A DNA stretch of 63,900 nt, the filler included, from Reclinomonas americana ATCC 50394 (Eukaryota), in assembly GCA_048213135.1 (NCBI GenBank). It is 6 parts of 2 records of this genome, joined end to end, with 100 filler letters (N's around TTAATTAATTAA, not from the genome) between each part and the next. Parts side by side here need not be neighbours in the genome. Positions count along the whole stretch, not along the records: positions 21,015 to 36,675 come from PS015082.1; positions 36,776 to 43,072 come from PS015082.1; 4 more parts are not named here. One strand, 5' to 3'. Below the pieces are notes generated by a model. It made no database searches. It was not told where the DNA came from and worked only from the letters and a program-made list of their open reading frames with translations. Positions 28,194-41,200 of the stretch are shown in pieces. How positions within the stretch are numbered: position 1 is the first letter of the stretch; each line of letters opens with the position of its first letter. The translations under genes were made by a program, and so were the position numbers.

Positions 28194-28559
28194 CACGGCC
28201 ACCGCCGACACGGGCGACGCGGGAGGCGATTGCGCACCTGCCGAATACCGACTGCGCGAAACAGAGGAGAGATAGATTGTGAACAAACCAGCCGCAAGAA
28301 TCGCATACCAAAGGCCTCACACACACAAAAGCGAAACACCAGCACAACCGTGCACTCCTTTCACACCTCTCGCTGTCTGTCTCTCTTTTGCTCTCATGTC
28401 GGCGGACGAATATGAGATGCAACTCTGTTTGCTCACTCGGGACGGAACCCCACTCTCGCTCGCTCACACACACGCACGCACACACGCACGCTCGACTATG
28501 TAAACACGCTCTTGTGTAACGCAACGAGGCAATCGTGGAGAGTCGCTGACGTGGCGACG

Positions 28560-30375
28560 AGTTCTTTGCCGGCTCCGACGCGACCAAAGTCGCAGTCGGA
28601 GAAGAAGTGCGGAGGCCGAGCGCGGCCACGCGAGCCATCAACGCCTCCGTCGCCGACGGCGCAGTCGACAGATCAGACGATGAAGTGGAGGAGGAGGAGA
28701 GCGAGGNNNNNNNNNNNNNNNNNNNNNNNNNNNNNNNNNNNNNNNNNNNNNNNNNNNNNNNNNNNNNNNNNNNNNNNNNNNNNNNNNNNNNNNNNNNNNN
28801 NNNNNNNNNNNNNNNNNNNNNNNNNNNNNNNNNNNNNNNNNNNNNNNNNNNNNNNNNNNNNNNNNNNNNNNNNNNNNNNNNNNNNNNNNNNNNNNNNNNN
28901 NNNNNNNNNNNNNNNNNNNNNNNNNNNNNNNNNNNNNNNNNNNNNNNNNNNNNNNNNNNNNNNNNNNNNNNNNNNNNNNNNNNNNNNNNNNNNNNNNNNN
29001 NNNNNNNNNNNNNNNNNNNNNNNNNNNNNNNNNNNNNNNNNNNNNNNNNNNNNNNNNNNNNNNNNNNNNNNNNNNNNNNNNNNNNNNNNNNNNNNNNNNN
29101 NNNNNNNNNNNNNNNNNNNNNNNNNNNNNNNNNNNNNNNNNNNNNNNNNNNNNNNNNNNNNNNNNNNNNNNNNNNNNNNNNNNNNNNNNNNNNNNNNNNN
29201 NNNNNNNNNNNNNNNNNNNNNNNNNNNNNNNNNNNNNNNNNNNNNNNNNNNNNNNNNNNNNNNNNNNNNNNNNNNNNNNNNNNNNNNNNNNNNNNNNNNN
29301 NNNNNNNNNNNNNNNNNNNNNNNNNNNNNNNNNNNNNNNNNNNNNNNNNNNNNNNNNNNNNNNNNNNNNNNNNNNNNNNNNNNNNNNNNNNNNNNNNNNN
29401 NNNNNNNNNNNNNNNNNNNNNNNNNNNNNNNNNNNNNNNNNNNNNNNNNNNNNNNNNNNNNNNNNNNNNNNNNNNNNNNNNNNNNNNNNNNNNNNNNNNN
29501 NNNNNNNNNNNNNNNNNNNNNNNNNNNNNNNNCCACTCGTGCCTGTCGCCGATGCAGACGGCGCGAATCATCAAGGATCTGGAGAAGCACGTCGGCGTCC
29601 TGGAGCAGGAGCTTAGGGGTGCACGTCTCGCGTCGCCGGCGTCTGCCGCCGCCGCAGTCGGCGTGTCGGGCGCCATTTCGCGATTCACCTGGAGCCCGCG
29701 GTGGCGTGGCGACAAGATGCTGTTGACGAACCACGGCAAGACCGCAACAGGCCACAGCTCGCGGTGCACGGTGGTGACGGAGCAGCTGATGGTGCCGCCA
29801 CACGTGTACACTTTGTATGTGCAAGTCGAGCAGAAGCGCGACACCATGTGCAACTACTTGGGCGTGGTGCCGGCCAGCTTTGTCACGGAGCTGTCGTCGG
29901 GCGCGTACATTGAGAAGGCCATCACCATGGGTGGCTGGGGACTCCACGACGCCTCTTCGTACGGCATTCGTCTGCAGCAGCCTAGCGGCTCCTGCCTCTC
30001 CATTGGCTACAGCAATCGTTGCGTCGCTGCTTCCCCCCATTTCGCTTGACTCTTGATGAGGACGAAATACTCACTGCCTGTTTCCACTCACTGCAGAGAC
30101 TGGCTGGGATGTGGGTGACGTGCTGGTCATCACACTGGATTTGGCACTCAACGTGCTCTCCTTCCACCGCAACGGCGTCAAGGTGGCCGACGCACACCTC
30201 GTGCATCACATGGATTTGACGCCGGAGCGCATTCGGCAAGGATTTTACTTTGGCGTAACGCTGGACGATGCGGTGAGTGGTAGATGCAGAACGAGTGCCA
30301 CGACGAATCATGGATACTGATTGGGGGTGTGCATGTGCGCAGGGCAACCGTGTCTCAATTGTCGACCAATCATGA
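28560..30375 (+). CDS. Coiled-coil + SPRY/B30.2-like domain protein (gapped, start uncertain)
   Basis: FTWSP...LLTNHGKTA, YLGVV, GWG, GDVLVITLDL..NVLSFHRNG and FYFGVTL. Confidence 0.65.
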
Positions 30376-30508
30376 TGTATGTATCGTAAATCGAAAGTTT
30401 CAATCATGTTTACCGCGCAGCGAGACACTTGTTGGAAGCACACACACACACTATACACACACGCACACACTTCTCTTCCTGTCGGCCCGCCATCCGTTTT
30501 CCCCGCAC

Positions 30509-30778
30509 TCAGTCGTTCCGGTCGGGATCGTGGCTCGCCTCCAGATTCCGATCGTTGGCGTTGAGAATGTGACGACCACGCGGCGGCGCATGGCGCAGTG
30601 CACGCTGTCCCGCGTTTACCAGCTCCTGGTGCAGGCGCACCTGCTGTTCAGACCGCGCTTGGCGCTCCACGCGTCTGTACCCCGGTGGCCGAGCAAAGGC
30701 GTCGCCGGCACCGTTGTGCTCCATTTCGCGACGACGCTGCTGCATGGCCAGCGCGGCGCGCACAAGTTCTTGGTTCAT
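30509..30778 (-). CDS. Possible small intronless hypothetical protein (89 aa)
   Basis: ATG-initiated ORF with coding-like composition; no recognisable motif. Confidence 0.25.
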   Translation of the reverse strand: MNQELVRAALAMQQRRREMEHNGAGDAFARPPGYRRVERQARSEQQVRLHQELVNAGQRALRHAPPRGRHILNANDRNLEASHDPDRND

Positions 30779-31007
30779 CGACGAAGGAGTGGAAGCAGTA
30801 GTGGTGGGTGGGCGGGTGGGTGGGTGGGGGAGAGCTCTTCTCTCTCCAACGACTGGCGGACTGTGGCGTGTGGTTGTGGTGTGGTGTGAGACCGGGCCCT
30901 TTATAGGTGAATATTACTAATTATAGATAAACTGCGGGCCTTGCGCGAAAAAGAGTTCCACCGAAGAGGGTCATTTTTATCTCCATTATGCTGCGGGTGT
31001 TTTCACC

Positions 31008-34000
31008 TCACTTGGCCTTGGCGCCGGCCTTGCCGCCCTTCTTGCCCTTGGGTTCGGTTTTCTTGCGTTTCGGATCGGATCCGCCCTTGGCAGCCGACTT
31101 GTCCGACAACTGCAAAAAAAGGAGAAAGGTCAGCCACAGCCGCCCGAGTTAGCCTCATCCTCCACGAAACTGCTCTCTTGGTGCCAGCCAGTGGAGACCT
31201 GACGGCATCGGAGGAGCCGCTGCCCTCGCCAGCCGTGGCCGGCGCAGCGGCAGTTGGGCGGGTGAAAAACGAGTCCATGCGCGCCTGGGTGCCCTTCTTG
31301 CTCTGCGCCTTCTTCAGGCGCTCGATGCCGGCACGGATGCGATCGGCGGAGAACTTCTTCTCGTCCACCATGTACGCCACGAGACCGGCCTCGTCCACCG
31401 GCAGCCATTTCAGCTCAATGTCGTCGACTGGCGTGATGTCCGGGTTCAAGAACAGATCGCGCACACTGTCCAGGTTCCAGTCCTCGGGAATTGGGTACTG
31501 CGGGAGGGAGAGGGAGGGAGGGAGGGAGGAAAAGGAGAGTAAGTCATGGCCCTGTGCAAATCACACTGAAGAAAAAGCAAAAATTGTAGAAGGAAAGCAC
31601 ACGAGACTTGTTGGCGATCACTGGTGGATGCTCATTGTTGTGCATGGATCAGTGAAGTTTCTATTATTAATCTGTTATCAAACCTTGGTTCGGTCCAGCG
31701 TCTCCAGCACCGCCTCGATCGTGCCGTGCTCCTTGATCAGCTGGTACGCGCGCTTCTGTCCAATGCCCTGCACTCCTAATGTGAGCAGCTACAGAAGGTG
31801 TTGAAAGACAGGCAGTGTGGGAACGCACTCGGATGGTGCCGCAGTAGTCGCATCCGCACAGAATGCACATGTCGACGAACTGGCGGTGGGTGAGGCCGAG
31901 TTGTTCGAGAGCCACCGAGAGGTTGAATTCGAGAATGTTCTTCTTGGGGTCTTCGCCGGCCACAGCTCGCAACAGTGCACTGGAGAGAGAGAGCGAGAGA
32001 TCAGTGTCAGTGAACAGGAGGGAGTCGACACGCATCTCTTTCTCACCTCTTCTTCTCCGACTGCTTCTCCGTCGATGTCAAATTGCGCAGGAGAATGGGA
32101 GCACCAAATGTCAGCGTGTCCATGTCCTCGCTGCCGACAGCCCACACACGACCCGCTCGCGCCAAGGCCGCGCATTGCGCCTCTGCCTCGCCGGGAGACT
32201 GTGCGAGGCTCAGGAAGAGATGGAAAGGTTGCTGCTGGACGCAGGTGACGCACANNNNNNNNNNNNNNNNNNNNNNNNNNNNNNNNNNNNNNNNNNNNNN
32301 NNNNNNNNNNNNNNNNNNNNNNNNNNNNNNNNNNNNNNNNNNNNNNNNNNNNNNNNNNNNNNNNNNNNNNNNNNNNNNNNNNNNNNNNNNNNNNNNNNNN
32401 NNNNNNNNNNNNNNNNNNNNNNNNNNNNNNNNNNNNNNNNNNNNNNNNNNNNNNNNNNNNNNNNNNNNNNNNNNNNNNNNNNNGGGGAGGGAGCGAGGGA
32501 GGAGAGGGAGGAGAGGGGGAGGGAGAGTGAAGGAGCAAAGGAGAGCGAAGTGATTTTCCTAGAGTGCTCGAAAGGGCAGACTAGTTTGCGCAGCTGTGTG
32601 ATAAATGAACTGGATCCGTGTTCCTCTCCGTTTACCATGCTGTGTCTTTCTCCAAGTGGCCTCTGCTCACTTTTTTCTCTCTCACACACACATACACTCT
32701 CCAGAACTTGCCACTTTCTCGGATAACCATTCTTCATCTGCCGGCCACTCTGCTCGTCCCCGACTGTCTCTCTCGCTCTCTCTCCGTCACTGCATCCTTT
32801 CTGTTCACACAATCAATCAAACTCTCCCTGCCCCCTTCCCTCTTTCCTTCCTGGCCTGCTCTCGCTCTCATTCTCTCTCGTAACAACCTTATGTGTTTCC
32901 CCCTCATCTCATCCTGCATCATTCCCTCTCTTTTCCATGCTGTCTCTTCCTTTTTTTGTTTCTTTCTCTTCATCGGAAAATGTTTCTCCGTCACACTGCC
33001 ACACTGCTTGTCTCTCACTATCTCATTTCTCTCTTTCTCACTGCATCCTTCCGTCCTTTCCCCTGGCCTGTTTTCTTATCTCTTCTCCCTCTCTGAAATT
33101 CTTTCTGTCACAATTGCCACACTGCTCGTCTCTCACTGTCTCATTCCCCTCTCCCTCACTGCATCCTTCCGCTTTTCCCCGTGGCCTGTCTCTCTCTCAT
33201 CCTCCACTCTTCTCTCTTCCTCTCTCGACATTCGCCACCTTCGCGGACCATCTCCCCCTACCTCTGTTTCTCCGCAAGTCTCTTCTTCCTCCCTGGCCAG
33301 TTCTCTCTCCCTCTCTCACCTCCTCCAACTTGAGATCCGGCGCCTTCCCGTCAAACACAAACGCCGGCTTCAGTCCACTCTCCATCATTTTGATCGTGCG
33401 GAAAAACATGCCCGACAAGTGACTGCACGTGAACACACAGCAGAGGTGAGCGACACCAGCAACCACACGGCACAAACAAAGAGACCTCGTCACTTCGCCC
33501 GTGTCAGAGGTCAAATCAATGCCAGTTCCGCGCAGCGCAATCTGCACGAGAAGGTGTGAGGAGTGTCGTATAACAAGCACACACTCATTTTGCACGAACT
33601 CTCACTTATCCACACTTGCGCACACTTTGCACACTTCTTATCACGCATAGTCTCGCACTCTTTCACACTTGTCCACACTTGATCCTTGACTTTTGCACAC
33701 CCTGCACTCTTGTACCTTCTCGCCCGCACTCTCACACGCCTCTTTCGTACACTTGCCTAAACTTTCGCACTCTTCTGCACACTTCTACATATCCACACTT
33801 TGCACACTTGACTATCCAGCACACTTTCACACACTTCTTACACACTCTTGCCCACACTTTGACACACTTCATGCACTCTTTCCTGCACACTTCCACACTG
33901 TTGTCACACACTTATCCACACTTTTCCTCTCCCTTGCACACAAACCATGAACTGATACATGGACATGGAGGCATCAATCGCCACTTTCCGGCCCTGATAA

Positions 34001-34074
34001 AAGTCCATCGCATGCGCCACAATGCATCCGGGCGCATTATCCGCAAGGATCTTTGTCAGGTCCTTAATGCCCAT
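31008..34074 (-). CDS. FEN1: Flap endonuclease 1
   Basis: [60 protein letters not shown] box QARMDSFF and a Lys-rich tail. Confidence 0.97.
33580..33945. repeat. Degenerate CACACTT-based minisatellite filling FEN1 intron 1
   Basis: More than 10 recurrences of cacactt/cacactc at roughly 10-20 nt spacing. Confidence 0.75.
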
Positions 34075-34320
34075 GGCAAACCCCCCGAGACAAAAACGCC
34101 GCACAGGACGCCGCCAGGACGCCGTTAACTTCCCATTAATCATTGCGCGCGTGAGAAGAGGTGCGCGCATCATCCACACACTCACGCACGCGCATCTACA
34201 CATCTGGTCATCGTGCGCGTACTTTGTGTTCGTTTGCTTGTGTGGCGAAGTACCATATGAGGATCGCGCGCGCCATCTAACACTGTGTCGCCCCCCTTTT
34301 TTTGTGCGCTGCGTAGAATC

Positions 34321-34538
34321 ATGGGCAAGCTTCACAAGACATATCTGTCGGGGAATCGCATCTATGCGTGCAGTGTGTGTCGATGTTGCGTCTCTCTCTT
34401 TCTCTCTGTGAAGTCGCGGGCCTTTTTTGTCTGTTGTTGCTCACGCTTTTTGGGGGCAGCACACTTGGCGCAACAGGATGAGGTGATTTCCAAGTCGTTT
34501 CATGGGCGGCATGGTCGCGCGTATTTGATGAACAATGT
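34321..34538 (+). CDS. Yippee-like (YPEL) zinc-binding protein, 5' exons
   Basis: MGKLHKTYLSGNRIYACSVCRSHLAQQDEVISKSFHGRHGRAYLMNNV; the remainder falls in the gap. Confidence 0.9.
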
Positions 34539-34718
34539 GTTGCGTGATCTCACAGAGAGAGAGAGAGGGAGGGAGGAGAAAGGGAAGGGTGTGCGGAGAG
34601 CGTGTGTGTGTGAGAGAGAAAGAGAGAGGTGTGTGGAGGATGCCAGAGATAAGAGGTGTATGAGAGAAGAGAGACTTGTGAGTGAGAGAGAGAAGCGGAA
34701 GAAGAGTCTGGGGTGAAT

Positions 34719-34728
<10 letters not shown>

Positions 34729-34806
<78 letters not shown>
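34729..34806. repeat. (GT)n(GA)n microsatellite
   Basis: Directly visible. Confidence 0.95.
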
Positions 34807-35777
34807 AGAAGAGAGAGAGAGAGGAGGAGGAGAGAAGAGNNNNNNNNNNNNNNNNNNNNNNNNNNNNNNNNNNNNNNNNNNNNNNNNNNNNNNNNNNNNN
34901 NNNNNNNNNNNNNNNNNNNNNNNNNNNNNNNNNNNNNNNNNNNNNNNNNNNNNNNNNNNNNNNNNNNNNNNNNNNNNNNNNNNNNNNNNNNNNNNNNNNN
35001 NNNNNNNNNGCGCTACTGCGAGTGGTGTAGGCCATTGGCAGAGTGGCAATGCTTGTATATAGGTCTGCCAATTCGTGTTGTATTTTGCGCGTGCGTGTGT
35101 GCGCGCGCCGCTGTTTGTTTGTTGTATCGATATAAGTGTGTATTGTGAGTGGTGGAGACACGCAATGCGCTATCCGCTGTCAGTGCGCTTGCGTGTGCGT
35201 GTGTGTGTAAATGGATGGTGATTACCGGACGTGTGGGCATGACAGCGTGAAATTTCTTTGTCATCACACACTATTCTTTTGTCGGTGTGGTGAGTGTAGC
35301 TCGTGGTATCATGCTTACGTGTTTCTCACACTTCGCCGCTGCTATCGTGGGGGGCTGTGTGTGTTTCGTTGTGTGTGCGTGTGTAGTTTGCGAACACACA
35401 TTAGAGTGCGAGAGACAGCGCTTCTCTTTTCACGCACACACTCAATCCTTCTCTTCCTCCTCTGCACACTCCCACTTGTGGCGTGGTGGCGGTGGCTGCG
35501 GCTGTGTGTACTTGGGAGTGAGGCGCACGAAGTCTCGCAGCGACATTTCCCCGCGCGCGCGCGCGCGTGGCAATGTCCGCAAACTGTCACACCTCCCTCA
35601 CTCCCCCCATTCGTTTCTTCTGCGCGTGTCTTTCGGGCTTCCCCACGCACTGGCACTCCTGTGCATCGCAAGTGTGTTCGGAATGTGAGAGTGGGAGTCG
35701 GTTGACCATGTTTGCGTCGCAGGTCCCCTTCCGCCCCGACGCGCATCCCTGCCTTCTCCCCGTCCCTTACCTCTATC

Positions 35778-36675
35778 ATGCGGAGCATCACACTCCACAT
35801 CGTGCTGATTGCACTGGCGCTCTGCGTGGCCACGTTGGATGCAGCGCAAGGTGAGCCGTGGCACAATCGGACACATATTCATCACAATGCGAACATATTG
35901 CTCATCATTGTCATCCCACTCTCAGCTGCCAGCGTGAGCTCGTTCTCGCCGCTTCATGCGCGCGCGGGCATTTCAAGCAGCGAAGACGTTCTGACCATCA
36001 CTGGTACGACGCGAATGTTTTATTGCCGAGTGCGTTTTACTCATATTCCCCCCCGCGCGCTATGCAGGCACTGGCCTCGCCACCGCTGACTCCGTGTGTC
36101 TCAGTCTTGGCGGCTGTCCGGCCGCGTGCGCTGGCACGACTTCAACGCTGTCGAACGCGTCCACTGCGCTAAATGGTTGGTGACCGCACTCAATGAGTGG
36201 CGCAGTTCTCTATGACTTCTCACCTTCATGCATGCAACAGGCGCGAGTGGCACCTCGACCGAGCACTACGTCATGCTCACGAGCATCTCAGCTGGTGAAT
36301 ACTATGTGTGCTCTGGACCCGGTGGCGGAACCGTGACGTTTCGTTGCCGTCATCACTCGCTTCTGAATCCTCGACACTGACACTTCGTGCAGCCAAGTCG
36401 GCACGATGAAGCTGCGCTTGGTCAGCATCTCGGGCCTGTTGCCGCCCTCCATCACTTCGTTGGATCCGACTGCGGCGGTGATTGTCAAGGTACTATGAGC
36501 CTCGAGAGTAGTGTTGTTGTTGCCGAAACTCACCTTGTTCTTTTCACAGGGCCTGTACCTCAACCCGACCGACGTGGTGCAGTTCTCGACGTCGTCGACC
36601 TGTGCCGTGGTCGCTGCCACGGCGACGGGCATCACGACGACAAATCCGCAGCGTACCGAGCTGACGGCGTACATT
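35778..36675 (+). CDS. Secreted Ig-like-repeat protein, paralog of the 38213 gene (3' truncated)
   Basis: Signal peptide MRSITLHIVLIALALCVATLDAAQ; exons and introns are near-identical to 38364-39125. Confidence 0.75.
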
Positions 36676-36719
36676 NNNNNNNNNNNNNNNNNNNNNNNNN
36701 NNNNNNNNNNNNNNNNNNN

Positions 36720-36731
36720 TTAATTAATTAA
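36720..36731. other. Artificial scaffold linker
   Basis: TTAATTAATTAA in Ns. Confidence 0.97.
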
Positions 36732-36785
36732 NNNNNNNNNNNNNNNNNNNNNNNNNNNNNNNNNNNNNNNNNNNNCACAGAAACG

Positions 36786-36836
<51 letters not shown>

Positions 36837-36846
36837 CACACTCAAC

Positions 36847-37182
36847 TCGCTGCATCATGTAGTGATTCGGGAAGTAGCTGTACGCGCTGTCCAGCGTCAC
36901 GTCCACCACAAGCACCGGTCGCGCCGTGTTGTCAATGAAGATCGACAGCGATCCCGGATGCCCAAACATCGGCGGTAGGTACCTGCGCTCCCGTTTCAGC
37001 ATCATGTGCAACCGCTATGTACTGCCGACAATCTTGATCGATGAGGAAGACCAACTCACCACACGCGCACTTCGTGGATCTGACCGTCGCTCAGATTGGG
37101 GATCGACGGCGTCGCACCAATCAGCGAGTTCGACGAGTGGTCGGCCTGCACCGTCTGTCCAGGGAGCGACGAGAACACTGGA
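36847..37182 (-). CDS. Internal exons of a legume-type lectin domain (contig apparently inverted in the scaffold)
   Basis: VFSSLPGQTVQADHSS..GATPSIPNLSDGQIHEVRVW|YLPP..GSLSIFIDN..PVLVV fits between NHVA (43019) and GVLDSNG (37690). Confidence 0.65.
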
Positions 37183-37689
37183 NNNNNNNNNNNNNNNNNN
37201 NNNNNNNNNNNNNNNNNNNNNNNNNNNNNNNNNNNNNNNNNNNNNNNNNNNNNNNNNNNNNNNNNNNNNNNNNNNNNNNNNNNNNNNNNNNNNNNNNNNN
37301 NNNNNNNNNNNNNNNNNNNNNNNNNNNNNNNNNNNNNNNNNNNNNNNNNNNNNNNNNNNNNNNNNNNNNNNNNNNNNNNNNNNNNNNNNNNNNNNNNNNN
37401 NNNNNNNNNNNNNNNNNNNNNNNNNNNNNNNNNNNNNNNNNNNNNNNNNNNNNNNNNNNNNNNNNNNNNNNNNNNNNNNNNNNNNNNNNNNNNNNNNNNN
37501 NNNNNNNNNNNNNNNNNNNNNNNNNNNNNNNNNNNNNNNNNNNNNNNNNNNNNNNNNNNNNNNNNNNNNNNNNNNNNNNNNNNNNNNNNNNNNNNNNNNN
37601 NNNNNNNNNNNNNNNNNNNNNNNNNNNNNNNNNNNNNNNNNNNNNNNNNNTCGAAGCTGACTCGCCCCGCCCGTGTGTGTGTTCACAGG

Positions 37690-37875
37690 GAGTGCTGGAC
37701 TCGAATGGCTACGGATACATGGGATTCACGGCTGGCGTTGGCGATGTGACGCAGAATGTGGACATTCTGTCGTGGGCGTTCTGCCACAAGCTGTTGCGTG
37801 CGGAGTGCGCGTCTTGCAATGTCGAATCATGCTCACTCTTTTTCGTTCGTCTGCAGCGGCTGTGTGGCGTACTGA
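37690..37875 (+). CDS. Last exons of a legume-type lectin domain
   Basis: GVLDSNGYGYMGFTAGVGDVTQNVDILSWAFCHKLGCVAY* (GFTA...ILSW.F motif). Confidence 0.7.
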
Positions 37876-38212
37876 GATCTCTTCTCTCGTCTTCTGTCGC
37901 CTCTTGTATGTGTTGATGATTGTCGATGAATTTTCATTTGAGACTTATCTTATATTGCTTCCCATTGTTGCGTGGGAGCTGACTGGGAGTTTCCCCGCTT
38001 ACTTTCTTGTTGTTCGTGTGGTGTGCTTGTGCTTGTGTGGCGTGTTCTTGTGCACTTGTGTCGCTTGTCTGTGCACTCGTGTGTGGTTGCTGTGTTTGTG
38101 TGTTTGTGTGCAACATGCCCGCTCATGGCGATGCCCGACATCGCGCTCACGTTTTTTTCCTCCCCTGTGCCTCTTTGTGTGTGTCACTCATCGTGCAGTC
38201 GTACGGAACGCA

Positions 38213-41200
38213 ATGGGGAGTCTCACCTTTCATTTGGTGCTCGTCGCCTTGGCGCTTGTGATGACGATGCTCGGCGCGGCAAATGGTGCGCACAACCGGA
38301 CACTTTGGTTTCACTTTGTTCTCTCACCCGCCAACCTTGACGCGTTTGTGTGTTTGTGCGTTCAGCCGCCAGCGTGAGCTCGTTCTCGCCGCTTCATGCG
38401 CGCGCGGGCATTGCAAGCAGCGAAGACGTTCTCACCATCACCGGTGCGCGACGCGATGTTCATTGCTTGCTGCCGAGTGGTTTTCTCATATTCACCGCGC
38501 TGTGCAGGCACTGGCCTTGCCACCGCTGACCCCGTCTGTCTCAGTCTCGGCGGCTGCCCGGCCGCGTGCGCTGGCACGACTTCAACACTGACGAACGCGT
38601 CTACTGCGCTGAATGGTTGGTGACCGCACTCAATGAGTGGCGCAGTTCTCTATGACTTCTCACCTTCATGCACGCGACAGGCGCGAGTGGCACCTCGACC
38701 GAGCACTACGTCAAGCTCACGAGCATCACGGCTGGCGAATACTACGTGTGCTCTGGACCTGGTGGCGGAACCGTGACGTTGCGTTTCGGCGTCATCACTC
38801 GTTCTGAATCCTCGACATTGACACTTCGTATATGTGCCTGCAGCCAAGTCGGCACTATGCTGCTACGCTTGGTCAGCATCTCGGGCCTGTTGCCGCCCTC
38901 CATCACTTCGTTGGATCCGACTGCGGCTGTGATTGTCAAGGTACTATGAGCCTCGAGAGTAGTGTTGTTGTTGCCGAGACTCACCTTGTTCTTTTCACAG
39001 GGCCTGTACCTCAACCCGACCGACGTGGTGCAGTTCTCGACGTCGTCGACCTGTGCCGTGGTCGCAGCCACTGCGACAGGCATCACGACGACGAACCCAC
39101 AGCGTACCGAGCTGACGGCGTACATTGGCGGCACCGGACTGGCGACAGCGGCGACGTATTTCGTGTGCTTGCAGGTCAACAGCAATCTGCCGTCGCTGGT
39201 GTTGTCGTCGCCGACAATGAGTGCCGTCAGTGCGTCAGTTGTTGTCGATGCCCCCTCTTTGATACGAAAACGACCCACATCGATGTGCCTGCAGATACTG
39301 CGGTCCTGACGGGTTTCACACCCACGAGCATTCCGACGTTGGACATTGGTGCCGTGCTCACTCTGTTGCGTCTGACAGTGTGGTCCAGCAAGTGCGCCTG
39401 AACGTCGTTCTCATCTTGTGTCGTGGGGGACGATCAGTACTGGCACTGGCCTGCGCACGACGGACACGATCATGTTTACGCGAGGTGCGTGCACCATTGT
39501 TGTTGGCAAAATGCGTCGTTCTTATGGTCGCTGTACTTACCTGATGATCTATGCCGAGTAGCCACGTGCAGCGACACTGCAAACGTGTACACATCGACTG
39601 GTCCGCGGCAAGTGATCATGGACAGCTATGCCTACACCTCCAATGACGGGGGACCGAATCGACGCATGATAATCACCGTGGGTGGCATTGGGCTGCCAGT
39701 GGACAATCTCGGCGCGTCGCAGACATACAAGATCTGCTACACTGGCTATGTGGCCACGGGCACTGCTTCTGCTGCTCTCTTTGGCACGACTCTTACCTCA
39801 GGTTCAGTTTTTGTTCTCACGTTGGGTCTCGTGGGTGTTGAATATTGAATGGTGTGAGTTGTGCAGTGGCGTTCTATCAGATCGACAAGTGGGCAGTGGA
39901 CACGAGTTCAGCTGCCGCGACAATCACCATCAGTGGTGGTGTGACCACGAGCGACAAGGCCATTGTCGTGGCTGGGTACGATTGCCAGCACGCCGGAGTA
40001 CCAACCGCGAATTATTTGTCCATCTCCGGAGCGAAGGCGATCTCGGCAACTCTTAATTCAGGCACTGTTGGCAACGGTGAGTTCGTCTTCATGTGTTGCG
40101 AAGAAGTGCGGCTTGCAGAACTATACAAACATATTGATTGGATGTGATTGCACAGGAGCGTACACGGTGTGCGTGTTGATTGGCGGCACGCAAGTGGGCG
40201 CTGTCAAGACGGTGCAGGTGTGGAATCCGGGATGGGGATATTCGACTGCAACTGGCTTGGCGACAGCAGGCGGCAGCGGTGCTGGCTTCACGATTGATAT
40301 CAGTGCGGTCACTGGCGGCATTCTGAGTGCCACCGTGGGAGCCGGCGGCAGTGGCTACGTGGTCGGCGACACACTCACTGTTTCTGGCGGCGGCGGATCC
40401 AGCGGCAAGGTTGTGGTGCTGACGGTAAACGGCAGCGCGGTGCAGACGGTGGCTGTACTCGCTGCCGGCAGTGGGTACGCGACTACAGCAGGGGCTTCCA
40501 CCAGCGGCGGCACTGGGTCGGGCTGCACAGTCAATATCCTCTCTGGCACCCTCTCCACGGTTGCAGTCAATGCCGGCGGCTTTGGTTATCAGGTCGGTGA
40601 CATTATCGATGTGGTGCAGACGAATGGTGCCAGTGGCCAGTTGTTGGTGGTGGAGACGAGCACGGGAACCAACTGGCGCAAGATTGGCGACACTGCTAAC
40701 CCACCAACTCCGATTGTGGAGAGTTGTGTTTTTCGTCTCTTGTTGATTATCTCTCAGCAAGTCAAAGAACTCGCTCACCTTGCTTTTTGTTGTCTATCTG
40801 CAGAGTACGCGTTTGAGCCACGGACGATTCCTGAGTCGACTGCTGGTGCTGTGCTGACACTGACTGGTTCGACGTCGTTGGCATCAGCCACTGTTACCAT
40901 TTGCAGCGGTGCAACTGTGTGCACGGTGGCAGCAGGCGCCGACTGGGGACCGACGAATGGAGCATACTATGCATTGTGCACTACCAACTCCGTCGCAGCG
41001 GTTAGTATTTATTGTGCATGGTGATGCATTCTTTGGCAGCCGATGCTGATGGAGTTTTGTGTGCGCAGGGCATCTATGATTTGTGCATTTCGTCGACTCA
41101 AATCAACCAGTCCGGATGGCCGCTGATTGTGGGAAAGTGTGGCTGGTACAATATCAACTTCCGGCCGTCGCAGTACACCAACACGGTGCCCAACATCACC

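Noticed and set aside
32618-33559. 313-aa Leu/Ser-rich ORF
   Set aside because: Antisense translation of a CT-rich FEN1 intron.
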